Below are positions 1 to 8,351 of a stretch of 64,000 nucleotides of DNA, in pieces. Made by a program: the position numbers and the translations under genes. The notes beneath the pieces were generated by a model that was not told the origin of the DNA, searched no databases, and saw nothing but the letters and a program-made list of their open reading frames with translations. Position 1 is the first letter of the stretch. Each line of letters begins with the position of its first letter. Origin of the DNA: a bacterium. Lineage in GTDB: Bacteria > Myxococcota_A > Bradymonadia > UBA7976 > UBA1532. The stretch lies in the NCBI GenBank assembly GCA_030426085.1, contig JAUHYW010000013.1, positions 3,074 through 67,073 on the forward strand. The letters run 5' to 3'.

Positions 1-287
1 ACGCCGACGACACGGTGCTCTACGACGGCGCGCCGTGGCACCTCGGCGCCGAGGAGAGCGCGCAGCGCTGGGCCGACGCCAACGGCTGCGGCGACCCCGA
101 GGCCATGGACCCGCTCGACCTCGACACCGCGGTGGACGGCCCCGAGACCGAGGTCCGCCGGTGGAGCGCCTGCACCGCGCCGGTCGAGGCGTGGCGCATG
201 GTCGGCTCGGGGCACGTCCCGCAGTTCGACGGCGCGTTCGCCGCGGCGGCGGTGGGCTGGCTGCTCGACGCGGTCGCCGACGAGTAG
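1..287 (+). CDS. 3' end of a gene cut by the window edge; possibly a secreted esterase (PHB-depolymerase/LpqC-like)
   Basis: Frame 3 is open from the window edge to TAG 285-287. G/C-rich third codon positions match the neighbouring genes. The tail ...CTAPVEAWRMVGSGHVPQF resembles the C-terminal region of COG3509 esterases, from memory only. Confidence 0.35.
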   Translation, partial: ADDTVLYDGAPWHLGAEESAQRWADANGCGDPEAMDPLDLDTAVDGPETEVRRWSACTAPVEAWRMVGSGHVPQFDGAFAAAAVGWLLDAVADE

Positions 288-432
288 ATGCCCCGCCCCG
301 AGGGCGGTTGATCCGGCGACCCCCGGGGGACACAGTATTTCGAGCGAGACGATCACGCGACGGCGCCCGACTCGCCGGGCAGGCGCGCGCCGAACTCGAC
401 CGGGCGGCTGTCGGCCGCCCACCGGAGTCCTC

Positions 433-2988
433 ATGGCCCACCCCCGCCTGCCCCTGCCCGCCCTGGTCGCCGCGGTCGCCCTGAGCGCCCTGGCCGGCTG
501 CGACGAGCCGGCCGATCCGCCGCCCATCGTGATCCCCGGTGACGACGGCGGCCCGCTGCCCGACGAGGGCCTGCCCGACGCAGCTCCACCCGACGCGGGG
601 CCCCCGCCGGACGTCGGACCCCCGCCGGACGTCGGCCCGGCCTGCGTCGACCCCTGCGACGACGGCGACCCCCGCACCACCGGCGACCGCTGCGCGGGCG
701 ACGTCTGCGCCGGCGAGCCCCTGCCCCCGCTGCTGGCCCTGATCGGCGACGCGCCCCTGGCCGGCGCCCCTGGCCGGCCCACCGCGCCCGTCGAGCGGGT
801 CGTGCTCGACGGCGACGCCCTGCGCGCCGAGCCGGCCGGCTTCGACGCGCCCCGCGGCCGGTTCGCGGCCCCGTGGCTCACCCGCCCCCTCGACGATCTG
901 GCCCGCACCGTCGTCCTGCGCGCCGACCCCGGCGGCTTCACCGAGGTCGCCCGGGCGCCGCGGGTCGCCGACGCCCGGGCGCTGGCCGGCGCCGGCGGCT
1001 CGATCGTGCTCGTCGGCCCGCCCGAGAGCCCGGTGGTGCACCTCGACGCCGACGGCCGGGCCACCCCGCTTGGGCCGGGGATCGCCGACGGCTCCGCCTT
1101 CCTGGGCGTCGTCGACGGCCAGCTCGTCGGCCGGGCGCTGGGCGCCGCGCCGGGGGCCCCGTGGATCATCGAAGAGGCGGCCACGGTCGAGGCCGGTCAG
1201 GTGCTCGTCGGCTTGGGGCTGCTGCCCCGCGACGGGGGCTTGCTGGCGCTCGACATCGCCGGCGAGCGGCAGACGCTGATCGAGGTCGACGGCCCGCTGG
1301 TGGCCGGCGCCGGCTGGCTGGCCCAGGCCGCCGGGGACAGCCTGCTCGACCCCACCGACTGGCCGCCGAGCGTCTACCCCACCCCGGTCACCTGGACCGA
1401 CCGGGTCTTCGTCGACGGCGGCCTCTTCGCGCTCGACGCCGAGGGCAGCGCGTGGTGGATCGCGCTCGACGCCGCGCCCGCCGAGCCGGTCGAGCTGGGC
1501 ACGCTGCCCCCCGAGGCGGCCCTGATCGACGGCGGGCGGGGGCTGGCCCGCACCCCCGACGGCCTGTGGATGCTCGCCCCCGACGCCGAGCCGGCGCCGC
1601 TGCCGAACCCCGTCGGCGCCTTCGCCGGCTTCCTCGGCGACGCCGCGCTCTTCGCCGACGGCGACCACGTCGAGGCGATCGACGTCGTCACCGGCGCCCG
1701 CGTCACGCTCGACGGCCCGTTCGGCGCGCCGCTGGGCGTGGTCGACGGCGCGCTCTGGATCCGCAGCGCCGCCGCCGCGCCGATGCGCCTCAGCCGCCTG
1801 GACGCCGACGGCGAGGTCGCCCTGTCGACCGTCTGGACCCCCGAGCCGCGCACGCTCGTCGATCCGGTGGACTGGGTCCGCCTCGGCGGCGACACCGCGG
1901 CCTTCATCGCCGAGGAGGACGGCCCGCTGACCGCCCTCGACCTGAGCGACCCCGCCGCCGAGCCGGTCGCCGCCGCCCGCCTGCGCACCGGCACCCGGTG
2001 GTCCATCGGGGGGGTCACCGCCGACGGGCGGTGGGTCGTCTGGCGGGCGGGCGACGCGGTCGTCGGCGCCCTGCGCGGGGCCCGCACCGACGGCTCGAAC
2101 TTCCCCGACGGCATCGAGCTGCTGCGCTCCCGGGCCTACCCGGTGCTGATGGCCCCCGCCGGCGCCCGGCTGGCGGTGGCCCTCGACCCCGGCCCCTCGG
2201 GCGGCTTCCCGATCATCGACCTCGACCGCCCCGCGCCCGATGAGGCCACCTGGGTCGTCTCGGAGGGCACCGGCCTGTTCCCCCTCGCCTGGCTCGACGG
2301 CGACAGCCTGCTGGTCGGCCTGTGCATCGGCGAGCTGGAGTGCGACGGCCTGGGCCTCGGCCGGGTCGATCTGCTCGACGGCACCCCGTTCTTCGCCCCG
2401 CTCATCGGGGCCGATCCGGGGCTGCTCTTCCCGGTGTGGGGCCGCACGGTGCACGTCGTCGGGGGTCAGCTCTACTACCTGCGCGGCGCCGGCCTGGGCC
2501 GGTTCGAGGTGCGCCGGATCTCGGTCGACGGGCAGGGCGGCTGGGCGACGGTGGCGACCGGCGGGGCCCCGGCCCGGCTGCACGGCCCGGCCGAGCTGGG
2601 GCTGGCGTTCGAACTGGGCGGCGCGCTGCACCACGCCCGGCTGGTGGGCGACGCGACCGCCTACGACCTGCCCGGGGCCCGGGCCGCCCTGGGCCCGCTG
2701 GACTCCGCGCGGCCGCTCACCGCGCTGGCCGAGCGCGGGGGCAACCCCTGGGTCTGCCTCGACTGCCGCCCCTACCGCCTCGACCGGGAGGGCGGCCCGG
2801 CCGTCGACCTCGCCGCCGAGGCCCTGCGCCCGGTCGCCTGGAGCCCGCTGGGCGACGTGCTGCTGCACCAGCGCATCGTCGACGGCCGGGTGGGGCTGGC
2901 CCTCACCGACGACACCCCCGGCCCGGTCGCCCCGTGGCCCACCCCGGCCGACGGGGACGTGCGGGTGCTGCGCTGGCTGGGCGACTGA
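433..2988 (+). CDS. Large secreted lipoprotein, function unknown
   Basis: 851-aa ORF with GGAG a few nt upstream of ATG 433. The N-terminus MAHPRLPLPALVAAVALSALAGCDE is a signal peptide plus lipobox. A Pro/Asp linker follows (PPPDVGPPPDVG). No family recognised for the body. Confidence 0.6.
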   Translation: MAHPRLPLPALVAAVALSALAGCDEPADPPPIVIPGDDGGPLPDEGLPDAAPPDAGPPPDVGPPPDVGPACVDPCDDGDPRTTGDRCAGDVCAGEPLPPLLALIGDAPLAGAPGRPTAPVERVVLDGDALRAEPAGFDAPRGRFAAPWLTRPLDDLARTVVLRADPGGFTEVARAPRVADARALAGAGGSIVLVGPPESPVVHLDADGRATPLGPGIADGSAFLGVVDGQLVGRALGAAPGAPWIIEEAATVEAGQVLVGLGLLPRDGGLLALDIAGERQTLIEVDGPLVAGAGWLAQAAGDSLLDPTDWPPSVYPTPVTWTDRVFVDGGLFALDAEGSAWWIALDAAPAEPVELGTLPPEAALIDGGRGLARTPDGLWMLAPDAEPAPLPNPVGAFAGFLGDAALFADGDHVEAIDVVTGARVTLDGPFGAPLGVVDGALWIRSAAAAPMRLSRLDADGEVALSTVWTPEPRTLVDPVDWVRLGGDTAAFIAEEDGPLTALDLSDPAAEPVAAARLRTGTRWSIGGVTADGRWVVWRAGDAVVGALRGARTDGSNFPDGIELLRSRAYPVLMAPAGARLAVALDPGPSGGFPIIDLDRPAPDEATWVVSEGTGLFPLAWLDGDSLLVGLCIGELECDGLGLGRVDLLDGTPFFAPLIGADPGLLFPVWGRTVHVVGGQLYYLRGAGLGRFEVRRISVDGQGGWATVATGGAPARLHGPAELGLAFELGGALHHARLVGDATAYDLPGARAALGPLDSARPLTALAERGGNPWVCLDCRPYRLDREGGPAVDLAAEALRPVAWSPLGDVLLHQRIVDGRVGLALTDDTPGPVAPWPTPADGDVRVLRWLGD

Positions 2989-3050
2989 TCCTTGCGAAGC
3001 CGCGCCGGATCGGGCTGTATTTCGGGCCAGCGTCCCCCCAGAGGAGCCCC

Positions 3051-3746
3051 ATGAAACACAGCATCGAATACGGCCCGGCCTTCGCCTGGCTGCGGGTGCA
3101 GCTCGACCCGGGCGAGGAGATCGAGGCCGAGGCCGGCGCGATGGTCACCCGCAGCCCGGCCCTCGAGATGGAGACCCGGCTCAACGCCGGCAAGCGGGCG
3201 GGCTTCTTCCAGAAGTTCATCGCCTTCTTCGTCGCCCTCGTCCGCAAGTTCGCCGGCGGCGAGACGATGTTCGTCAACGACTTCAAGGGCCCCTCGGGGG
3301 GCGAGGTCGTGCTCTCGCCGGGCCTCTCGGGCCACATCGAGCACCGCCCGCTCGACGCCGGGCAGGGCATCCTGGTGCAGTCGGGCAGCTACCTCGCCAG
3401 CTCGGAGAAGGTCGGCACGAAGCTCAAGTGGGCCGGCCTGCGGGGCCTCTTCGGCGGCGAGGGCCTGTTCTTCGTGCACTGCACCGGCCCCGGCGACCTC
3501 TTCCTCAACAGCTACGGCGGCATCACCCCGATCGAGGTCGACGGGGCCTACGTCGTCGACACCGGGCACATCGTCGCCTTCGACGAGACGCTGGACTTCG
3601 AGATCAAGAGCGCCGGCAAGGGCTTCAAGGCGCTGTTCCTCAGCGGCGAGGGGCTCGTGTGCCGGTTCACCGGGCGGGGCACGGTCTACGTGCAGTCGCG
3701 CAACGTCGGGGGGCTGGTCGGCTGGCTCACCCCCTACCTGCGCTGA
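3051..3746 (+). CDS. AIM24/TIGR00266 (DUF124) family protein, paralogue 1
   Basis: 231 aa with GGAG upstream of ATG 3051. MKHSIEYGPAFAWLRVQL... and ...VVDTGHIVAFDETLDFEIKSAGKGFKALFLSGEGLVCRFTGRGTVYVQSRN match the family layout as I remember it. The upstream part of track ORF 2322-3746 overlaps the previous gene and is discarded. Confidence 0.8.
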   Translation: MKHSIEYGPAFAWLRVQLDPGEEIEAEAGAMVTRSPALEMETRLNAGKRAGFFQKFIAFFVALVRKFAGGETMFVNDFKGPSGGEVVLSPGLSGHIEHRPLDAGQGILVQSGSYLASSEKVGTKLKWAGLRGLFGGEGLFFVHCTGPGDLFLNSYGGITPIEVDGAYVVDTGHIVAFDETLDFEIKSAGKGFKALFLSGEGLVCRFTGRGTVYVQSRNVGGLVGWLTPYLR

Positions 3747-3756
3747 GGAGGGCGAC

Positions 3757-4449
3757 ATGGACATCGACATCGAGTACCGCCCGGCCCACAGCCTCGCCGT
3801 TGTGCGGCTGGCGCCCGGAGAGAGCATCACCGCCGAGTCCTCGGCGATGGTCAGCATGTCCAACGGGCTGACGCTGACCACCGACGGCCCGATGAGCCGC
3901 AAGCGGGGCGGGTTCCTCAAGAACCTCGGCCGGGCCTTCCTCGGCGGGGAGACCTTCTTCACCAACACCTTCGAGGCCGGCGGTCGGGGGGGCGAGGTCA
4001 CCCTGGCCCCCACCCTGTGCGGCGACATGGCGATCCACGCGCTCGACGGGGGCGAGAAGCTCTACATCCAGGGCTCGAGCTACGTCGCCGCGCCCGACAG
4101 CGTGCACCTGAACACCAAGTGGCAGGGCATGAAGGGCTTCTTCAGCGGGGAGAGCCTGTTCTTCCTCGAGGCCACCGGCCACGGCCCGGTCATCATCAAC
4201 GCCTTCGGGGCCATCGACATCGTCGACCTCGACGGCGAGCTGATCGTCGACACCGGGCACCTCGTCGCCTTCACCGAGGGCCTGAGCTACGAGGTCACCA
4301 AGGCCGGCGGCGGCTGGATCTCGAGCTACCTCAGCGGCGAGGGCTTCGTGCTGCGCATGCGGGGCACCGGCCGGCTGTACCTCCAGACCCGCAACCCCAG
4401 CGAGTACGGCCGCCTCGTCGGCCGGGCGCTGCCCCCCCGCCAGGAGTAG
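3757..4449 (+). CDS. AIM24/TIGR00266 (DUF124) family protein, paralogue 2
   Basis: 230 aa with GAGGAGG upstream, starting 10 nt after the previous stop. Same layout: ...IVDTGHLVAFTEGLSYEVTKAGGGWISSYLSGEGFVLRMRGTGRLYLQTRN. Confidence 0.8.
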   Translation: MDIDIEYRPAHSLAVVRLAPGESITAESSAMVSMSNGLTLTTDGPMSRKRGGFLKNLGRAFLGGETFFTNTFEAGGRGGEVTLAPTLCGDMAIHALDGGEKLYIQGSSYVAAPDSVHLNTKWQGMKGFFSGESLFFLEATGHGPVIINAFGAIDIVDLDGELIVDTGHLVAFTEGLSYEVTKAGGGWISSYLSGEGFVLRMRGTGRLYLQTRNPSEYGRLVGRALPPRQE

Positions 4450-4453
4450 TCCG

Positions 4454-5140
4454 ATGCAATACGAGATCATCGACGCGCCCGACTTCGGCCTGCTGCGGGT
4501 GACCTTCGAAGCAGCCGGCGAGCAGGTCGTCGCCGAGGCGGGGGCCATGGTGTCCCGCAGCGCCGAGGTCGAGATGAGCACCAACATGCGCGGCGGGCTC
4601 GGTCAGGCCCTCAAGCGGCGGGTGCTCGGCGGCGAGAGCATGTTCCAGAACACGTTCACCGCCACCGGCCCCGGCCAGCACGTCCTGCTCGCGCCGGGGC
4701 CCGAGGGCGACCTGACCCACGCCACGATCCCCAAGGGGGACGTGATGTTCCTCCAGAGCGGCAACTACATGGCCCACACCGGCGAGATGGTGCTCGACAC
4801 CAAGTGGGGCGGGGCCAAGTCGTTCTTCGGCGGGGTGGGCTTCTTCATGCTCAAGTGCACCGGGCCCGGCGAGCTGTTCTTCAACAGCTACGGGGCCTTG
4901 CACGCGGTCGAGGTCGGGCCCGAGGGCTACACCGTCGACACGGGGCACATCGTCGCGTTCACCGAGGGGCTGGACTACCGGGTGCGCAAGTTCGGCGGGT
5001 TCAAGGGGCTGTTCTTCTCCGGCGAGGGGCTCATCGCCGAGTTCCACGGGCAGGGCACCGTCTTCGTGCAGACCCGCAACGCGCCGGCGCTGGCCAACTT
5101 CCTCGAGCCCTACCGCCGGGTGCGCCGCAGCAGCAACTGA
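4454..5140 (+). CDS. AIM24/TIGR00266 (DUF124) family protein, paralogue 3
   Basis: 228 aa with AGGAG upstream, starting 4 nt after the previous stop. ...TVDTGHIVAFTEGLDYRVRKFGGFKGLFFSGEGLIAEFHGQGTVFVQTRN. Confidence 0.8.
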   Translation: MQYEIIDAPDFGLLRVTFEAAGEQVVAEAGAMVSRSAEVEMSTNMRGGLGQALKRRVLGGESMFQNTFTATGPGQHVLLAPGPEGDLTHATIPKGDVMFLQSGNYMAHTGEMVLDTKWGGAKSFFGGVGFFMLKCTGPGELFFNSYGALHAVEVGPEGYTVDTGHIVAFTEGLDYRVRKFGGFKGLFFSGEGLIAEFHGQGTVFVQTRNAPALANFLEPYRRVRRSSN

Positions 5141-5197
5141 CGGGCGGCCGACGGTGTCGCGGTTGAATCGCCGGCCCGCCTCGCGCACGCTGGCGCC

Positions 5198-6277
5198 ATG
5201 TTCACCGAGCTGCCCTGGACCTGTCCGCTGACCGGCCGCCCGCTCGCGCCGGCGCCGCCCGCGGCGATGCCCGGCCTCTCGTGGCCCCCGGCCGCCGACG
5301 CGCTGCTCGTCACCGAGGGCCCCGACCCCATCGGCTACCCGGTCGTCGACGGGGTCCCCATCCTCACCGTCGAGGCCGCCCGGGGCCGCGCCGTGCCCCC
5401 GTCCCCGGTCGAGGCCGGCCGCCACGAAGAGATCCGGGAGGAGGTCGACATCTACGACCGCCTCGCCGCCGCCGACCGGGCCCGCATCACCCACGCCCGC
5501 CGCCGCCTGCTCGGCCGCCGCCTGGACCAGCTCGCCCGGCGGGGCGCGCTGCCCGGCCCCTTCCCCGACCCGCCCGGGGTCTGGGTCGACTCGGTGGGCA
5601 GCGCCGACACCCAGGAGGCCGCCTACCGCCACCTCGCCCCGCTGACCGAGACCCGGTTCCTGCAGCTCGGCGGCTCGGGATCGCACGCGGTCAAGGCCCT
5701 GCTCGCCGGCGCCGAGTGCGCCGGGGTGCTCACCCCGTCATTCGAAGAGGTGCAGCTCGGCCGGGCGCTGGCCGACAGCTTCGGGGTGGGCCACCGCTTC
5801 TTCGGGGTCGTCGCCATCGGCGAGCTGATCCCGTTGGCCGACGGCGCCCTCGACCGGGTCTACGGCGGCGGCTGCCTGCACCACACCGCCATCGAGCACA
5901 GCGTGCCCGCGCTGGCCCGGGTGCTGGCCCCCGAGGGCCGGGCGGCCTTCGTCGACCCGCTTCAGAACCCGATCTACCGCGCCTGGACCGGCCTCGCCGG
6001 CCGCCGGGCCCGCTTCTGCGGCGATGAGGAGGGCACCCACGACCACCCGCTCGACCTCGACGCCCTGCGCGCGCTCGCCGGGCGCCACTTCGCCGGGGCC
6101 GAGGTCTACGCCAGCGGCGGCCCGCTGCGCTACGGGGTCGTCTTCGCCGCCCGGGCGCTGAACCTCGCCCCCCGCCCGCGCACCGCCGCCCGGCTCTTCC
6201 GCGCCGAGCGGGCGGCCCTCGACCGCCTCGGCTTGCAGCGGCTCTACGGCAACTTCGCCCTCCTGCTGACCCGCTGA
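5198..6277 (+). CDS. Trm112-like N-terminal knuckle fused to a class I SAM-methyltransferase-like domain
   Basis: 359 aa. The N-terminus WTCPLTGRPL...IGYPVVDGVPILTV resembles a degenerate Trm112/UPF0434 motif. The central LQLGGSGSHAVK...ALDRVYGGGCLHH...LAPEGRAAFVDP resembles a methyltransferase-type-11 fold with a weak motif I. Confidence 0.5.
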   Translation: MFTELPWTCPLTGRPLAPAPPAAMPGLSWPPAADALLVTEGPDPIGYPVVDGVPILTVEAARGRAVPPSPVEAGRHEEIREEVDIYDRLAAADRARITHARRRLLGRRLDQLARRGALPGPFPDPPGVWVDSVGSADTQEAAYRHLAPLTETRFLQLGGSGSHAVKALLAGAECAGVLTPSFEEVQLGRALADSFGVGHRFFGVVAIGELIPLADGALDRVYGGGCLHHTAIEHSVPALARVLAPEGRAAFVDPLQNPIYRAWTGLAGRRARFCGDEEGTHDHPLDLDALRALAGRHFAGAEVYASGGPLRYGVVFAARALNLAPRPRTAARLFRAERAALDRLGLQRLYGNFALLLTR

Positions 6278-6282
6278 GCCGT

Positions 6283-7035
6283 ATGCGCCCCGACCCCGAG
6301 ACCCGCCGCCGCGAAGAGGCCCTGCGCCGGGCCCTCGACCTCACCCCCGACCGCTGGGCCCCCGTGCGCCACCGGGCCCGGGAGGTCTTCGACGGCCTCG
6401 ACGTGCGCGGCCGGCGGGTGCTCGACGTGGGCGCCGGCATCGGGACCTACGCCCTGTACCTGACCCGGGTCCTCGGCGCCCGGGAGGTCGTCGCGCTCGA
6501 GCCCTCGGCCGGGGTCGGGGGCCACGACGACATCACCGATCGCATGCGCCGCCGGCTGGCGGCCATCGACGACCACCGGGTGACCCTCGTCGAGCAGACT
6601 TTCCAGCGCTACACCCCCGACGCCCCGTTCGACGCCGTCGTCCTGCTCAACTCGATCAACCACCTGCACGAGACCCGGGCCGCGCTGCCCGACGACCCCG
6701 CCGCCACCGCCGCCTTCCGGGCCGTCTTCGCCCGCCTGCGCGACGGGCTGCTGCCCGGCGGGGCGCTGCTGATCAACGAGCTCGACCGCCGCTGCCTCGA
6801 GCGCTACACCTCACGCGTGGGCCTGCCCCGGCTGTTCACCCGGGGCATCGCCTACGATCTGCATCAGGCGCCCGGCACCTGGGCCGATCTGGCCCGAGAG
6901 GCGGGCTTCGGCGACATGCACATCCGCGGGGTGACCCCCCGCCGGCTGGCGCGCCTGCCCCGGGCCATCGGACGCCACCGGCTGATCGCCTTCGCCACCA
7001 ACGCCATGTTCGTGCTGCGGGCCACCCGGCGGTGA
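6283..7035 (+). CDS. Class I SAM-dependent methyltransferase
   Basis: 250 aa, starting 5 nt after the previous stop. Motif I RVLDVGAGIGTYALYL, then VVALEPS, FDAVVLLNSINHL and LLPGGALLINE. Confidence 0.7.
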   Translation: MRPDPETRRREEALRRALDLTPDRWAPVRHRAREVFDGLDVRGRRVLDVGAGIGTYALYLTRVLGAREVVALEPSAGVGGHDDITDRMRRRLAAIDDHRVTLVEQTFQRYTPDAPFDAVVLLNSINHLHETRAALPDDPAATAAFRAVFARLRDGLLPGGALLINELDRRCLERYTSRVGLPRLFTRGIAYDLHQAPGTWADLAREAGFGDMHIRGVTPRRLARLPRAIGRHRLIAFATNAMFVLRATRR

Positions 7036-8351
7036 AGCGCCCCCTGCCCGCCCCCGGGGCCCCGATGGACGCCCCGGCCCGCCTCGTCGCCCTCGCCGGT
7101 CTGCTCGCCGCCCCGCTGCTCGGCCTGCTCGTCGTGCGCTTCGGCCCGTGGCCGCTCGCCGCCGCCCTGGGGCTCGTCGCCGCCGTCGTGCTCGCGCGCC
7201 GCCCGACCCTCGGGGTCTACGCCCTCGTCGGGGGCACCTTCTTCGACGAGCTGCACATCCCGGCCGGCTTCGCCCTGCTCGGCGCCGCCGACCTCGCCGC
7301 CTTCGGCCTCATCCCGGCCTGGCTCGCCCGGCGCCTGCTCGCCCCCCGCGACCTGCGCCTTCCCGGCGGCCACCCGCTGCTGTGGATCTACCTCGCCCTG
7401 GCCTTCGCCAGCCTGATGCTCGGCGTCGCCCCCCACACCGCCCGAGGCAACTACGCCCGGCTGCTGACCTACGCCGCCGCGCTGCTCGCCGTCGTCGACC
7501 TCGTGCGCACCGAGGACGTGCTCGACGGCCTGATCCGGCTCATGGCCCTGTGCGGGCTGGCCCACGCCGTCGTCGCCCTGGTCGACCCCGGCGACGCCCG
7601 GCGGCTGATGGGCCTCGCCGACCAGCCCAACATCCTCGGGGTGCGCATCGCCCTGGGGGCCCTGCCCGCCGCCGCGCTGTGGCAGCGATCGCGGGGCGCG
7701 GCGCGGGCGCTGTGGGGCCTCGCGCTGGGGCTGATGCTCGTCGCCGTCGCGCTGACCATCAGCCGGGGCACCTACCTCGCGCTGACCGCCGCCTTCGTGT
7801 GGTGGATGCGCCGCTCGCCGAAGCTGGCCCTCGTCGTGGCCCTCGCCGGGCTCTCCACCTGGGTCGGCATCGAGCGCTTCGCCGAGGAGCGCGCCGCCCG
7901 CATCCAGCAGCGGCTCGACTTCGACGACTCCAGCGTGACCAACCGGGGGGTCGTCGCCCGCAACGCCGGGCGGGTCGTGATCGAGCGCCCGCTGCTCGGG
8001 GTCGGCTTCGGCCAGTTCCGGGATCTGGACCGGGTCGTCGGCGTCACCGATCAGGCCGGGCGCGGGTCGCACAACTTCTACCTCGGGGTCGCCGCCTCGA
8101 CCGGCCTGCCGGCGCTGGCCTGCCTGCTCGGGTTCGTCGGCTGGCAGCTCCGCCGCCTGCGGGCCCCGCCCGACGCCGGCCCCCGCCTCGTGTGGCTGGT
8201 GGCCGTGGTGCAGGCGCTGGCGGTCTATCACATGACATCGCTGCTGGTGCGGGGCGGCCTGCGGCTGACCGACTGGACGCTGTTCGCGCTCTACGCGTCC
8301 CTCGCCGCCGTCATCGCACATCGCGACGACCGGGAGACGCCCACCGCATGA
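7032..8351 (+). CDS. O-antigen ligase / Wzy_C-like polytopic membrane protein
   Basis: 439 aa. GTG 7032 overlaps the upstream stop (GTGA). Hydrophobic throughout. ...LTISRGTYLALTAAFVWW... and ...GSHNFYLGVAASTGLPALACLL... resemble the Wzy_C signature region. An internal ATG 11 codons downstream is an alternative start. Confidence 0.65.
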   Translation: MKRPLPAPGAPMDAPARLVALAGLLAAPLLGLLVVRFGPWPLAAALGLVAAVVLARRPTLGVYALVGGTFFDELHIPAGFALLGAADLAAFGLIPAWLARRLLAPRDLRLPGGHPLLWIYLALAFASLMLGVAPHTARGNYARLLTYAAALLAVVDLVRTEDVLDGLIRLMALCGLAHAVVALVDPGDARRLMGLADQPNILGVRIALGALPAAALWQRSRGAARALWGLALGLMLVAVALTISRGTYLALTAAFVWWMRRSPKLALVVALAGLSTWVGIERFAEERAARIQQRLDFDDSSVTNRGVVARNAGRVVIERPLLGVGFGQFRDLDRVVGVTDQAGRGSHNFYLGVAASTGLPALACLLGFVGWQLRRLRAPPDAGPRLVWLVAVVQALAVYHMTSLLVRGGLRLTDWTLFALYASLAAVIAHRDDRETPTA

